From an uncultured bacterium (GTDB lineage: Bacteria; Patescibacteriota; JABMPQ01; CAVVCK01): a DNA stretch of 64,000 bases. Made by a program: the position numbers and the translations under genes. Shown here in pieces: positions 47,706-57,307 of this stretch; within the stretch, counting starts at the first letter, position 1; every line of letters begins with the position of its first letter. Location: contig CAVVCK010000001.1 in assembly GCA_963746775.1 (NCBI GenBank), positions 83,050-147,049 of the forward strand, read 5' to 3'. The notes below the pieces were generated by a model that was not told where the DNA came from, ran no database searches, and saw nothing but the letters and a program-made list of their open reading frames with translations.

Positions 47706-47846
47706 AAATTAATTATTTCTTTTATTTAAGCAAAATTTTTAAATTTAGTAAATAATATATATTGTAAAAACGCTAAAAAAATGCCAAACTATATACATTC
47801 AATTAAAACATCTAGAACATTTTAGAACAATATAACAATCCAACTT

Positions 47847-49296
47847 ATGCCCCTAAAATTATATAATACTTATTCCCACAAAAAAGAATTATTTGAACCC
47901 TTAAACCCGTCTCAAGTTACCATGTATAATTGTGGACCTACTGTTTATGATTTTGTCCATATTGGCAACTTATCTACTTATTTGATGGCTGATCTAGTCA
48001 GACGCTACTTAGAATACAAAGGTTATAAAGTTAAACAGATCATGAATATAACCGATGTGGGACATTTAGTATCTGACGGGGATAGTGGTGAAGACAAAAT
48101 GTTAAAAGGTGCTAAAAGGGAAGGTAAAACTCCCCAAGAAATTGCTGAATTTTACACTCAGGCTTTCTATAAAGATATAGAGAAAATGAATATTGAAAAA
48201 GCCTACGAGTACCCCCGCGCCACCAAACATATTCCGGAAATGATTGTCTTAATAAAAAAACTTTTAGAAAAAAATATAGCTTATGAGAAAAATGGCAATG
48301 TTTATTTTGATATTTCTAAATTTAAAAATTATGGCAAATTATCCGGCAATACTAAGGAAAAACTGGAAGAGTTGATTAGAGGCGCCAGATCCAAAATTGT
48401 TCAAGATAAAAATAAAAAGAGTCCTTTTGATTTTGCCTTATGGCTCAAAGCCCCTAAAAATCATATTATGAAATGGAAATCTCCTTGGAGTATAGGTTAT
48501 CCTGGCTGGCACATTGAATGCAGTGCTATGAGCATAAAATATTTGGGAGAAACTATTGATATCCATACTGGTGGCGAAGATAATCTTTTTCCTCATCACG
48601 AAAATGAAATCGCCCAATCAGAATCCTTGACTAGCAAAAAATTCGTACGGATTTGGATGCATAAAAGATATCTTTTAGTTGATGGCCAAAAAATGTCTAA
48701 GTCTAGGGGGAATTTCTATAGATTAGTAGATTTAGAAAAATTAGGCTTTGACTCCATGGATTTCAGATATTCAATTCTGCAATCCCATTATAGAAGCCAG
48801 ATTAACTTTTCTAAGGATGCACTAAAACAAGCTCATGAAAGTTTAAAAAGAATTAAGGAATTTATACTAAGACTTAAATCTATAAATAACAGCAAAAAGC
48901 CAAGCCAAGATATTGGAAAGCTTATCCAAAATACCCAAGATACCTTCGAAAAGCATATGGATAATGATTTAGACACTCCTCAAGCTTTAGCCTCTCTTTT
49001 TGAACTTATTAATCAGGTGAACAAATCTATTGATCAAGAAAAAATTAATAAAAATAGGGCTAAAGATATATTGAATTTTATTCTAAAAATAGAACCAGAT
49101 ATTAGGTTTAAGGCTTGATCAAGATAAAATTATTTCTCCTGATAAAGAAAATGAGGTAAACGAGTTAATAAAAGAAAGAAATAAAGCCAGAAAAGATGAA
49201 AACTGGAGTAAGGCAGATAAAATTAGAGAGGACTTGTTAAAACTAGGAGTGGAAATCAAAGATACGGACAAAGGAACAATTTGGGAAAAACTATAA
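47847..49296 (+). pseudogene. cysS: Cysteine--tRNA ligase interrupted by a +1 frameshift near 49093-49118 (real or sequencing error)
   Basis: [23 protein letters not shown]. The C-terminal domain (QILGLRL...ERNKARKDENWSKADKIRE.L...GVEIKD...GTIWEKL*) continues in the +1 frame to 49296. Confidence 0.85.
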
Positions 49297-49436
49297 AATA
49301 TTCTTTCTATCCATACCCTAACCGTTATTTTATAGTCACTAGCAAAACTATCCCCTTTTCACTCACACCTAACCTCTAGTTTCATATTGTTCATTAAAAA
49401 TTCTTGTGATAAAGTAGAATATCTTAAACTTATTTT

Positions 49437-50831
49437 ATGTCACAAGAAAATATAACAACAAAATTACCACCTCAAAATTTAGAAGCAGAACAATCTGTCC
49501 TAGGTGCACTTTTGATCGATAAAGAAGCCATAGCCAAAATATCAGATATTCTAAAACCGGCCGATTTCTATAAAGAAGCACATGCTTTAATTTTTGAGGC
49601 AATACTAGATTTATTTGAAGTAAGAGATCCGATTGATATTTTAAGCCTTTCTAATAGATTAGAAGAAAATAAAAAACTTTCACAAATAGGTGGCAGGAGT
49701 TTCCTATTATCACTAGCTGCCTCGGTTCCTTCTTCAGCACATATAGTTCACTACGCTAATATTGTTAGAAAAAAATCAACTTTCAGAGGTCTAATTCAAG
49801 CTTCAGGAGAAATAACCGAATTAGGTTACGAAGAAACTGACGATGTAGAAAAAGTATTAGATAAAGCAGAACAGAAATTATTTAATATTTCTCAAAGATC
49901 CTTAAAACAAAATTTTACGCCTGTTAAAGATATTTTAGGAGAAACCTTTGAGCGCATAGATGAATTACATAAAGGAGGAGGTAAACTAAGAGGAGTTCCA
50001 ACCGGATTTACCGATTTAGACAATCTTTTGGCCGGCTTTCAAAAATCAGATTTAATAATCCTAGCTGCCCGCCCTAGTATGGGTAAGACAAGTTTGGCTC
50101 TTGATTTAACTCGCCATGTAGCTATTAAAGAAAAAATACCGGTAGGAATATTTAGTCTAGAAATGTCCAAGGAGCAGTTAGTTGATAGGCTTTTGTGTTC
50201 TGAAGCTAATGTTGACCTTTGGAAAATGAGAACAGGTAAATTATCTACCCAGGGAGAAAATGATGACTTTTCTAGAATAGGAGAAACCATGGGAATCCTA
50301 TCAGAAGCTCCTATATTTATAGATGATTCTCCTGGCAGTAATATCATGGAGCTACGAACTAAAGCCAGAAGATTGCATACTGAACATAAATTGGGATTTA
50401 TCGTTGTTGATTATTTGCAACTCATGGAGGGAAGAAGTAAAGAAAATAGAGTTCAGGAAATATCAGAAATATCCCGGGCTCTCAAAGGTATTGCTCGTGA
50501 GCTGAATGTACCAGTGCTGGCCCTCTCGCAGCTATCGCGTGCAGTTGAGTCAAGAACCCCGCCTATTCCACAGTTATCCGACTTAAGAGAATCTGGCTCT
50601 ATCGAGCAAGACGCTGATGTGGTAATGTTTATCTACAGAGAAGAAATGTATAAAAAAGAAACGGAAAGAAAAAATATTGCTGAAATACATGTTAAAAAAC
50701 ACAGAAATGGCCCTACTGGACAAATCGATCTTTTCTTTGATCGTGAAAGAGTTTGCTTCAAGAATTTGGATAAAAAACTTCAACAGCTGCAACCTAGCGG
50801 TATGGAAGAATTAGCTATAGAAGAATTTTAA
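49437..50831 (+). CDS. dnaB: Replicative DNA helicase
   Basis: PPQNLEAEQSVLG, AARPSMGKT, FSLEM, VDYLQL, SQLSR, DLRESGSIEQDAD, KHRNGP. Confidence 0.98.
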   Translation: MSQENITTKLPPQNLEAEQSVLGALLIDKEAIAKISDILKPADFYKEAHALIFEAILDLFEVRDPIDILSLSNRLEENKKLSQIGGRSFLLSLAASVPSSAHIVHYANIVRKKSTFRGLIQASGEITELGYEETDDVEKVLDKAEQKLFNISQRSLKQNFTPVKDILGETFERIDELHKGGGKLRGVPTGFTDLDNLLAGFQKSDLIILAARPSMGKTSLALDLTRHVAIKEKIPVGIFSLEMSKEQLVDRLLCSEANVDLWKMRTGKLSTQGENDDFSRIGETMGILSEAPIFIDDSPGSNIMELRTKARRLHTEHKLGFIVVDYLQLMEGRSKENRVQEISEISRALKGIARELNVPVLALSQLSRAVESRTPPIPQLSDLRESGSIEQDADVVMFIYREEMYKKETERKNIAEIHVKKHRNGPTGQIDLFFDRERVCFKNLDKKLQQLQPSGMEELAIEEF

Positions 50832-50853
50832 AAATTTATTATAATATAAACCC

Positions 50854-51162
50854 ATGTTCAACAAACTAAAACAAATCCAAGATTTAAGAAAACAAGCCAA
50901 AGCCTTACAAAATAGTTTATCAGCTGAAACTATAACATCTGAGAAAGAAGGCGGTATGATTAAGGTAACTGTAGACGGTAACCATAAAGTGCAAAAAATA
51001 GAAATTGATAATGAATTATTAAATACTGAATCCAAGGAAAAATTAGAAAATGGACTGCAAAATGCCTTAAATAATGCAACTGATGATGTACAAAAAATGA
51101 TGGCTCGAAAAGTCCAATCAGGTGATATTAGTATGCCTAATATTCCTGGTTTTAATAACTAA
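50854..51162 (+). CDS. ybaB: YbaB/EbfC nucleoid-associated protein
   Basis: GGMIKVTVDG...V..IEID; upstream of recR. Confidence 0.85.
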   Translation: MFNKLKQIQDLRKQAKALQNSLSAETITSEKEGGMIKVTVDGNHKVQKIEIDNELLNTESKEKLENGLQNALNNATDDVQKMMARKVQSGDISMPNIPGFNN

Positions 51163-51223
51163 TATTACACGATAATACTTTTTAAAAAAAGCTTATCAAA
51201 AAAGCAGTAATACGTAAATTATT

Positions 51224-51310
51224 AGCTGAAATACAGTAGATATACATAGAAATAAATTATCTTGATTACATCGCTACTTATTTCTATTGTATTTCAACTG
51301 TATATCTGTT
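51224..51310. repeat. 11-bp-periodic palindromic intergenic element
   Basis: gctgaaataca-gtagatataca-tagaaataa ... ttatttctat-tgtatttcaac-tgtatatctgt. Confidence 0.55.
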
Positions 51311-51401
51311 AATTTATTGATATTTTTTAAAATAATTAATGAAACTTTAATATTTTGCGTAAGGTGAGTTAATTAATCATAATATTTCACATTAACACTT
51401 T

Positions 51402-52007
51402 ATGTCTTCATTTCTACCAAAACCAATTGAAAATTTAATAAACCAATTTGAAAGGCTTCCCGGCATTGGTCCCAAGTCAGCGGAAAGACTTACTTTTTAC
51501 TTATTGAAAGCAAAAAAGGATAAGTTAGATGAATTTGCTAAAAGCATTGCGGAGCTTAAAGATGGTATTACTATTTGCTCCATCTGCCAAAACAATGCCG
51601 AACAAAATCCTTGTTCAATTTGCAAGGATAAAAGTAGAGACAGATCTATTATTTGCGTAGTTGAAGAAGCACAAGACGCTTTGGTGCTGGAAAACACTCA
51701 TGAATATAAGGGTTTATACCATATTCTTCACGGCGCTATCTCCCCTATGAATAATATTTGCCCGGAAGATTTAAGAATTAAAGAATTATTAGAGAGAATC
51801 CAAAAAAATAAAGATACTAAAGAAATAATTCTAGCTACTAATCCCACACTAGAAGGAGAAGCCACAGCTATGTATATATCCAAACTTTTAAAATCACCCG
51901 GCCTAAAAATAACTCGTATCGCCCGCGGCCTTCCTTCTGGAGGAGACTTGGAATATGCTGATGATATTACACTAACCAATGCCTTGAATGGGAGAAAAGA
52001 ATATTAG
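51402..52007 (+). CDS. recR: Recombination protein RecR
   Basis: LPGIGPKSAERL, C4 Zn finger, TOPRIM (EGEATA), GGDLEYAD. Confidence 0.97.
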   Translation: MSSFLPKPIENLINQFERLPGIGPKSAERLTFYLLKAKKDKLDEFAKSIAELKDGITICSICQNNAEQNPCSICKDKSRDRSIICVVEEAQDALVLENTHEYKGLYHILHGAISPMNNICPEDLRIKELLERIQKNKDTKEIILATNPTLEGEATAMYISKLLKSPGLKITRIARGLPSGGDLEYADDITLTNALNGRKEY

Positions 52008-52039
52008 TTCTAAAAATATAAAATATTATATAAATTAGT

Positions 52040-52193
52040 ATAAAATTTCTAATTTCTAATATCTCCGCCTCTTCGGCAGATCCGCCTCGGAAGGACAATT
52101 TCCAATAAAAATTTCAATACCAAATGACAAAAATAATTTTAATATTGGACATTTATATTTTTGTTAGAAATTAGGAATTATTAATTGGAAATT
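52040..52193. repeat. Heptamer-periodic palindromic element, copy 2, interrupted by the GC-rich mini-element (52064-52095)
   Basis: Aligns with the reverse complement of 940-1065 except for the 32-bp insert tccgcctcttcggcagatccgcctcggaagga. Confidence 0.7.
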
Positions 52194-52208
52194 ATTTCTC
52201 AGTAAACG

Positions 52209-52243
52209 AAAACAGCCTCTAATATTATTGAAGGCTGTTTTTT
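52209..52243. terminator. Bidirectional intrinsic terminator between convergent recR and rplU
   Basis: aaaacagcct-...-aggctgttttt hairpin. Confidence 0.7.
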
Positions 52244-52249
52244 AATAAT

Positions 52250-52567
52250 TTAAGCTGTTATTTTCTCTACCTGCACTCTGGTATATTTCTGTCTATGTCC
52301 CGTCTTTCTTCTGTATCTCTTCTTAGCCTTATATTTAACAATAGTTACTTTCTCACCTTTGAATTTAGGATCTATAACCTTTACCTTAACAGAAGCGCTA
52401 GATAATTTAGGTGTACCTATTGCCGTTTTGCCTTTATCATCAAAGGTTAACAAAACATCTTCAAATTCAAAAGAATCACCCTCAGCTTTGTCTAGCATTT
52501 CTACATCTAGAATATCCCCTTCTTTTACTTTGTATTGTTTTCCTCCCGTTTGAATTACTGCGTACAT
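52250..52567 (-). CDS. rplU: 50S ribosomal protein L21
   Basis: MYAVIQTGGKQYKV..GD...KKRYRRKTGHRQ.YT. Confidence 0.98.
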   Translation of the reverse strand: MYAVIQTGGKQYKVKEGDILDVEMLDKAEGDSFEFEDVLLTFDDKGKTAIGTPKLSSASVKVKVIDPKFKGEKVTIVKYKAKKRYRRKTGHRQKYTRVQVEKITA

Positions 52568-52581
52568 ATTTTTAAAATTAT

Positions 52582-53481
52582 TTATTCATTTTGCTCACTT
52601 TCTTCTATTCGCTCATCAAGAGTCCTAATCATATTAAATAATTCATCTTCTCTTCCATTATAATCTTCTTTATTCAATTTTTTCTGAAGATCTTCAAATC
52701 TTTCTGAAGCACTATTTCTAGAAGATTTTAAATAGTCAAGATCCCTTTCAATTTCCATTTTCTTGGACAATAATTTCATATCTGGAATTTCTTTTCGAGC
52801 CGCTTGTCTTATAATCTCAATTAAGCTTTTTTCTGCCTCAACAATTCTTTTGTCATATTCCTCTACCTGACTTCCTGCCTGGTTATACTCTTGAACCATT
52901 CTGCCTCTTTTATCTTTTTTTCTAGCATCCAATATACCCTCTATTTCTTCCAAGCTCCCTGAATCAGGCCCTTTCCCTTCACTTTTTAATTCCTTTAATA
53001 ATTCATCATATAATACTTCCCTTGCTGGTCTAAATTCTCCTTTCTGGAAACTATCCAAAGCCTTTCTTAACTCACCAACAATTGCTTTTTGTTTTTCCAG
53101 GGTCAAGCCCCCTTTGCCTAAGGCTCTATTTTGCCAACGCCCATGTTCTTTAGCTATAGTATCAACAACATCTTCACTACCCTGAAAATTCATCTTTTCG
53201 AATTCTCCTCCTTCAATTTCCCTTCCTTCTTTATTATTACCTTCTCCCCGAGTAACTAAAACCTTACCACCGGGCATAAACCTTTCAATTATCCAATCCG
53301 TTTCCATATTACTACTTCTGAAATCTTTACTGTTCTTATTTATGATAACTGCTCTATCACCAACTTTTTTTTCAGACAATGCTTTCGCCGCCTGGATTTC
53401 TCTAAACTCTCTTTTACCTTCCGAATCATCTGATTCTTCTTGTCTTGGTTTAGAAAAATTTTCTCCATTTAATGCTATCAT
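52582..53481 (-). CDS. Hypothetical charged coiled-coil protein
   Basis: Long ORF with its own promoter; no family recognised. Confidence 0.6.
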   Translation of the reverse strand: MIALNGENFSKPRQEESDDSEGKREFREIQAAKALSEKKVGDRAVIINKNSKDFRSSNMETDWIIERFMPGGKVLVTRGEGNNKEGREIEGGEFEKMNFQGSEDVVDTIAKEHGRWQNRALGKGGLTLEKQKAIVGELRKALDSFQKGEFRPAREVLYDELLKELKSEGKGPDSGSLEEIEGILDARKKDKRGRMVQEYNQAGSQVEEYDKRIVEAEKSLIEIIRQAARKEIPDMKLLSKKMEIERDLDYLKSSRNSASERFEDLQKKLNKEDYNGREDELFNMIRTLDERIEESEQNE

Positions 53482-53498
53482 AACATTTATTTTTTCTA

Positions 53499-53526
53499 AT
53501 TATATCCATTTTAAGACAATTGTCAA
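53499..53526 (-). promoter_or_regulatory. Consensus sigma70 promoter upstream of the hypothetical gene and rplU
   Basis: TTGACA-N16-TATAAT on the minus strand. Confidence 0.6.
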
Positions 53527-53533
53527 AGGATAA

Positions 53534-55228
53534 TTAATATTCATCAGCTCCAATATCGATTCCCGCACCTCGTGGTCTTGATTGACCGTCATAATCATCA
53601 GTAAGCCCTGATATGCTTTGCCCGTGATCTACAACCGAAGAAACAGATGATCCTAAATGTAGATTGCCACAGCTGAGACAAGTAAACCAGGAGGCCTGGG
53701 CGTTTTCAACATTATGAGCCACCGTACCGGAAGCTCCGTCTCTTTGTGATATAGCCTTATTAGTTAAATTATTAGTTATGGATACATTTTGAGTTGTAGA
53801 AAATCGATACTCTATAGCATTAGGATAGCTATTAGCCATATAGATAGTATTATTGTAAACTTCCGATCCTGTAGCTGATTCTAATCCTATACTAACATCC
53901 GCGAAGCCTTCGCTAGTATCATGATAGATCATATTATTGCGAATTATACCATTAACATGTCCCCTATCGGTACCTAGGCCAAAACCTATGCCCCGATCAC
54001 AATTCATAATTAAATTTTTCTCAACCAAGGTATTTTCTGACCCGCTCCAGAAATGTATAGCAAATTCAGCCGTGGTATCTGAAGGGCTTTTTATATTCTT
54101 GAAAGTATTACCACGCACAATCCAATTTTTACCATTATGCACATCTATCCCGCCTGTATAGTATTGAGAACCCTGCCCGGCACTAAATTCAAATAATGAA
54201 TTTAATACTAGCCCATTATCTGAGGTTTGACTCAAATTATCAGCATTATAGGCAGCTTTGATCATTTGTTCGCCTGTATCGAGGACATGAACATTTATAA
54301 CATTTAGTGAATCAATATCATCCTGTAACTGCACGGCATGATTAGCTACATTACGCATAGTTACATCCCGTACAGTAAAATTAGATCCATCCACATTGAA
54401 AATATGAGAAACAGACCCGGTCATACCATCTCCGCGTAAAACCACTGAGTCCCTATTCCCCGAGACACTTCTAACTGTTACGCCAGAAGCAGCTACCCAA
54501 ATCATATTATCCAGAGTATAAGTTCCATCAGCTAATAATATTGTTTTAGGACCACCATTCTCAGTAGCTGCGATAGCATTTAATAAGCCAGAAACACTAG
54601 AAACAGTAGTTGTTCTCGTATCTTCTACATTCGTGCCTGTATTATCATTTGAATTAGAGCTTGTGCTATTATCACTTGTACTAGATGAACTATCACTACT
54701 ATTATCGGTACTATTACTATTTGTGGAATTATCCACATTTACTGTCCCTACTTCTATTTTAGCTAAATCAGAATTAGTAATACCTAGTCCTAGATTGCGC
54801 ATTAATTGAAAGGCATCAGCGGGACGTCCCATATAGTACCTATGGAGATTAACGGGAGAGACATACCAGGCTTCACCGTGTAATTGTACTTGGATTAGTA
54901 TTCTACCTTTAACGTACTTAATCATGTCTTTATCAATAGTCCAGGAAGTACCGTTAATAGGTACACGAGCGAGATTAGCGTCAGTTGCCCCTAATCCTAG
55001 GGCTCTCATGATATTCCAGGCATCACGAGGTCTTCCCAGATAGTATCTTTTATAGTCTACTGGAGAAATATACCAGGCTTCACCGTTATTTTGTACCTGA
55101 AGAACTATCCGACCGGCGAGACGTTCGGCAGTGGAAGAAGCAGCTCTAGTGATAGAGATAGGAAATGAGGAGAAAAGAAGGGATAGGGAGACTATTAAAG
55201 ACATAAATATATAGATTGATTTTTTCAT
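53534..55228 (-). CDS. Secreted protein: two CPR-type N-terminal repeats, Ser/Asn linker and right-handed beta-helix (pectin-lyase-like) domain
   Basis: Signal peptide; repeat GRI..QVQ..GEAWY.SPV...RYY.GRP.DA...MR.LGLG twice; NN-ladder repeats; C-terminal DIGADEY. Confidence 0.8.
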   Translation of the reverse strand: MKKSIYIFMSLIVSLSLLFSSFPISITRAASSTAERLAGRIVLQVQNNGEAWYISPVDYKRYYLGRPRDAWNIMRALGLGATDANLARVPINGTSWTIDKDMIKYVKGRILIQVQLHGEAWYVSPVNLHRYYMGRPADAFQLMRNLGLGITNSDLAKIEVGTVNVDNSTNSNSTDNSSDSSSSTSDNSTSSNSNDNTGTNVEDTRTTTVSSVSGLLNAIAATENGGPKTILLADGTYTLDNMIWVAASGVTVRSVSGNRDSVVLRGDGMTGSVSHIFNVDGSNFTVRDVTMRNVANHAVQLQDDIDSLNVINVHVLDTGEQMIKAAYNADNLSQTSDNGLVLNSLFEFSAGQGSQYYTGGIDVHNGKNWIVRGNTFKNIKSPSDTTAEFAIHFWSGSENTLVEKNLIMNCDRGIGFGLGTDRGHVNGIIRNNMIYHDTSEGFADVSIGLESATGSEVYNNTIYMANSYPNAIEYRFSTTQNVSITNNLTNKAISQRDGASGTVAHNVENAQASWFTCLSCGNLHLGSSVSSVVDHGQSISGLTDDYDGQSRPRGAGIDIGADEY

Positions 55229-55325
55229 ATGATTATATGTTAATTCCTACAAAGAGTAGGGTTAATAAAATATTTTTAAAAGTGCTTAATGCGGATATTT
55301 ACGATCAAATCCATAGAGACCGGAT

Positions 55326-56375
55326 TTAATCAGCGACATCTAAATAGGTTTTATATTTTTTCCTATAAATTCCCCAAATACTTATAAGAAAAGAAGTGAT
55401 TATTGGCCCTATTATGATACCAGAAATTCCAAAAGCAAGCAAGCCTCCTAGGGTAGCAAAGAAAATAAATAAAGGATGCATTTCAATGTCTTTGCCAACT
55501 AATGGTCCTCTTAATAAATTATCTATCGAAGAAACAATAATTACAAAAACTAAAATAACTATCGCCTGCCAAATATTTCCTAAAATAAACATAATGGCCG
55601 CTCCTGGAATTAAAACAATAGGCGCTCCCACGCTGGGTATAATAGCTAAAATAACCATAACCAATCCCCAAAAAGCAAAACCAGGTACGCCAGCTATCAA
55701 AAAAGCGATCGCTCCTAATACTCCCTGAATCAAACCAATCAACAATGTCCCTTTTAAAGTTGCCTTCGCAGTGGAGACAAAATCATCATATAATTTCTTT
55801 TCGTTCTTATCGCCAAGAGGAAAAATATACATTAATTGTTTTAATAAAGAATCCCCGTCTTTTATAAAATAATAAAGGGCATAGAACATAATAAAAAGCT
55901 GAATAATAAATTGCAAAGTATTCTGACCCCAAGAGGTTAGGATTTGATAAGCATAGCTGGAAATATTAGAACTTAAACTGGCAATCCGCTCTTGTAAATT
56001 AATTTGACCCATTATTTCCTGAGCATGCGGCAAACCCAAAATAGATTGCCAATAATTATTAAATTGATTATAAATTTCTCCATTGCCAAATTCCTGATAA
56101 ATATTAATAGCTTGGTTAATAATTAAATAGGCCACGCCGGCTAAAGGAATTAAAAAAACCAAAATAGCTAAAAGCATAGTCAACGAGGCAGCCAAATTTC
56201 TCTTTTTCTTACCAATTTTCTTTAAAATAAATTTATTAACTGGATAAAAAATAGAAGCAATCACCCCCGCCCAAAAAATTGCATAAATATATGGTTTAAG
56301 CATCCAAAAGAAAATCAAAGTAAAGCCAACCAGCAGACCAATAAAAGTATAAGATTGTATTTTTTTGAATTGCAT
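55326..56375 (-). CDS. AI-2E family (PerM) transporter
   Basis: Multi-TM protein; IPSVG, DNLLR, HP..IFF..LGGL..FG..G.I.GP. Confidence 0.9.
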   Translation of the reverse strand: MQFKKIQSYTFIGLLVGFTLIFFWMLKPYIYAIFWAGVIASIFYPVNKFILKKIGKKKRNLAASLTMLLAILVFLIPLAGVAYLIINQAINIYQEFGNGEIYNQFNNYWQSILGLPHAQEIMGQINLQERIASLSSNISSYAYQILTSWGQNTLQFIIQLFIMFYALYYFIKDGDSLLKQLMYIFPLGDKNEKKLYDDFVSTAKATLKGTLLIGLIQGVLGAIAFLIAGVPGFAFWGLVMVILAIIPSVGAPIVLIPGAAIMFILGNIWQAIVILVFVIIVSSIDNLLRGPLVGKDIEMHPLFIFFATLGGLLAFGISGIIIGPIITSFLISIWGIYRKKYKTYLDVAD

Positions 56376-56526
56376 AGTTTTTAATTTATTTCTACCAAGG
56401 AATAGCAAAATGAGCTAAAGCGAATTTCGCGACATTCCAGCCAAGACAAATTTCACTTCGTTCAATTTGTCACTCCAAATACTTTTTTAAATTTTACAAT
56501 TTTACTCTTTCATAATACCCTAACAC

Positions 56527-56558
56527 AAAAAAGACGGCAAATATATACCGTCTTTTTT
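56527..56558 (-). terminator. Intrinsic terminator after the lipoprotein gene
   Basis: aaaaaagacgg-caaatatata-ccgtctttttt. Confidence 0.7.
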
Positions 56559-56578
56559 ATTCCTAAACTAACAAAATT

Positions 56579-57181
56579 TTATTCGCACAAATCAGCTTCA
56601 AAAGCTCCATCAATAGCGGTCTTGCCATCATCAAAATCAATTTTAGCATAACCTTTGACTTTATTATTTTCTGTATCAATGTCTGTAACTACAATTTTTG
56701 CTGCCCAATCAACATTAACACTCATAGGCGTGCCATCTTCCTGCTCATAGTGATAATAGGCATGGTAGTCATCAAATTCAATTTCATCTTCCATTTTCTT
56801 TTCAAATGTTCCGATCTCTAACATTTTAGAGCTAAAATTTACAGCATCATTATCTACTACTACGCCGCAAGTCTCGTCTGGTGCCATATCAGAAAAGCTC
56901 CAGCTATACTCATCATCCCATTTTTGAATTTGCACATTGGGAATAGTTACATCCTTTTCATTTATCTTGCCAGCAACTTCAGTAGTCGCAATGCCGGATT
57001 GATCAATAGCTGACGTCCAATTATCATCATAGGAAGTGGCCTCAGTGGCTTCTTCTGATGATGAATCGTCATTGGTATTGGTAGAGGTAGTACAGCCTCC
57101 TCCTGCCAAGATCATAAGTGATAAGGCTGCAATCATTGACAGCGCTGCCTTCTTTCCAAAAAACTCTTTGAGTTTTTTCAT
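56579..57181 (-). CDS. Acidic hypothetical lipoprotein
   Basis: LAGGGC signal, Thr/Ser linker, beta-rich domain. Confidence 0.65.
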   Translation of the reverse strand: MKKLKEFFGKKAALSMIAALSLMILAGGGCTTSTNTNDDSSSEEATEATSYDDNWTSAIDQSGIATTEVAGKINEKDVTIPNVQIQKWDDEYSWSFSDMAPDETCGVVVDNDAVNFSSKMLEIGTFEKKMEDEIEFDDYHAYYHYEQEDGTPMSVNVDWAAKIVVTDIDTENNKVKGYAKIDFDDGKTAIDGAFEADLCE

Positions 57182-57307
57182 CTGTTTTTGTTTTTTAAAA
57201 TTAATAAATAAAAACTTGTTTTTATTATACTATATTTTTTTATAGAGGTAAATTTTTTTAAAAAATACTGTAGGTTTTTGTTGAGTATTTGAAATCCAGA
57301 AACTCTA

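Noticed and set aside
47705-47847. Replication origin at the strand switch near cysS-dnaB
   Set aside because: No cluster of DnaA boxes and no dnaA; it looks like an ordinary divergent promoter region.
56445-56471. Hairpin gacaaatt-tcacttcgttc-aatttgtc upstream of the AI-2E gene as an ncRNA
   Set aside because: Single short stem with no second copy in the window; insufficient support.
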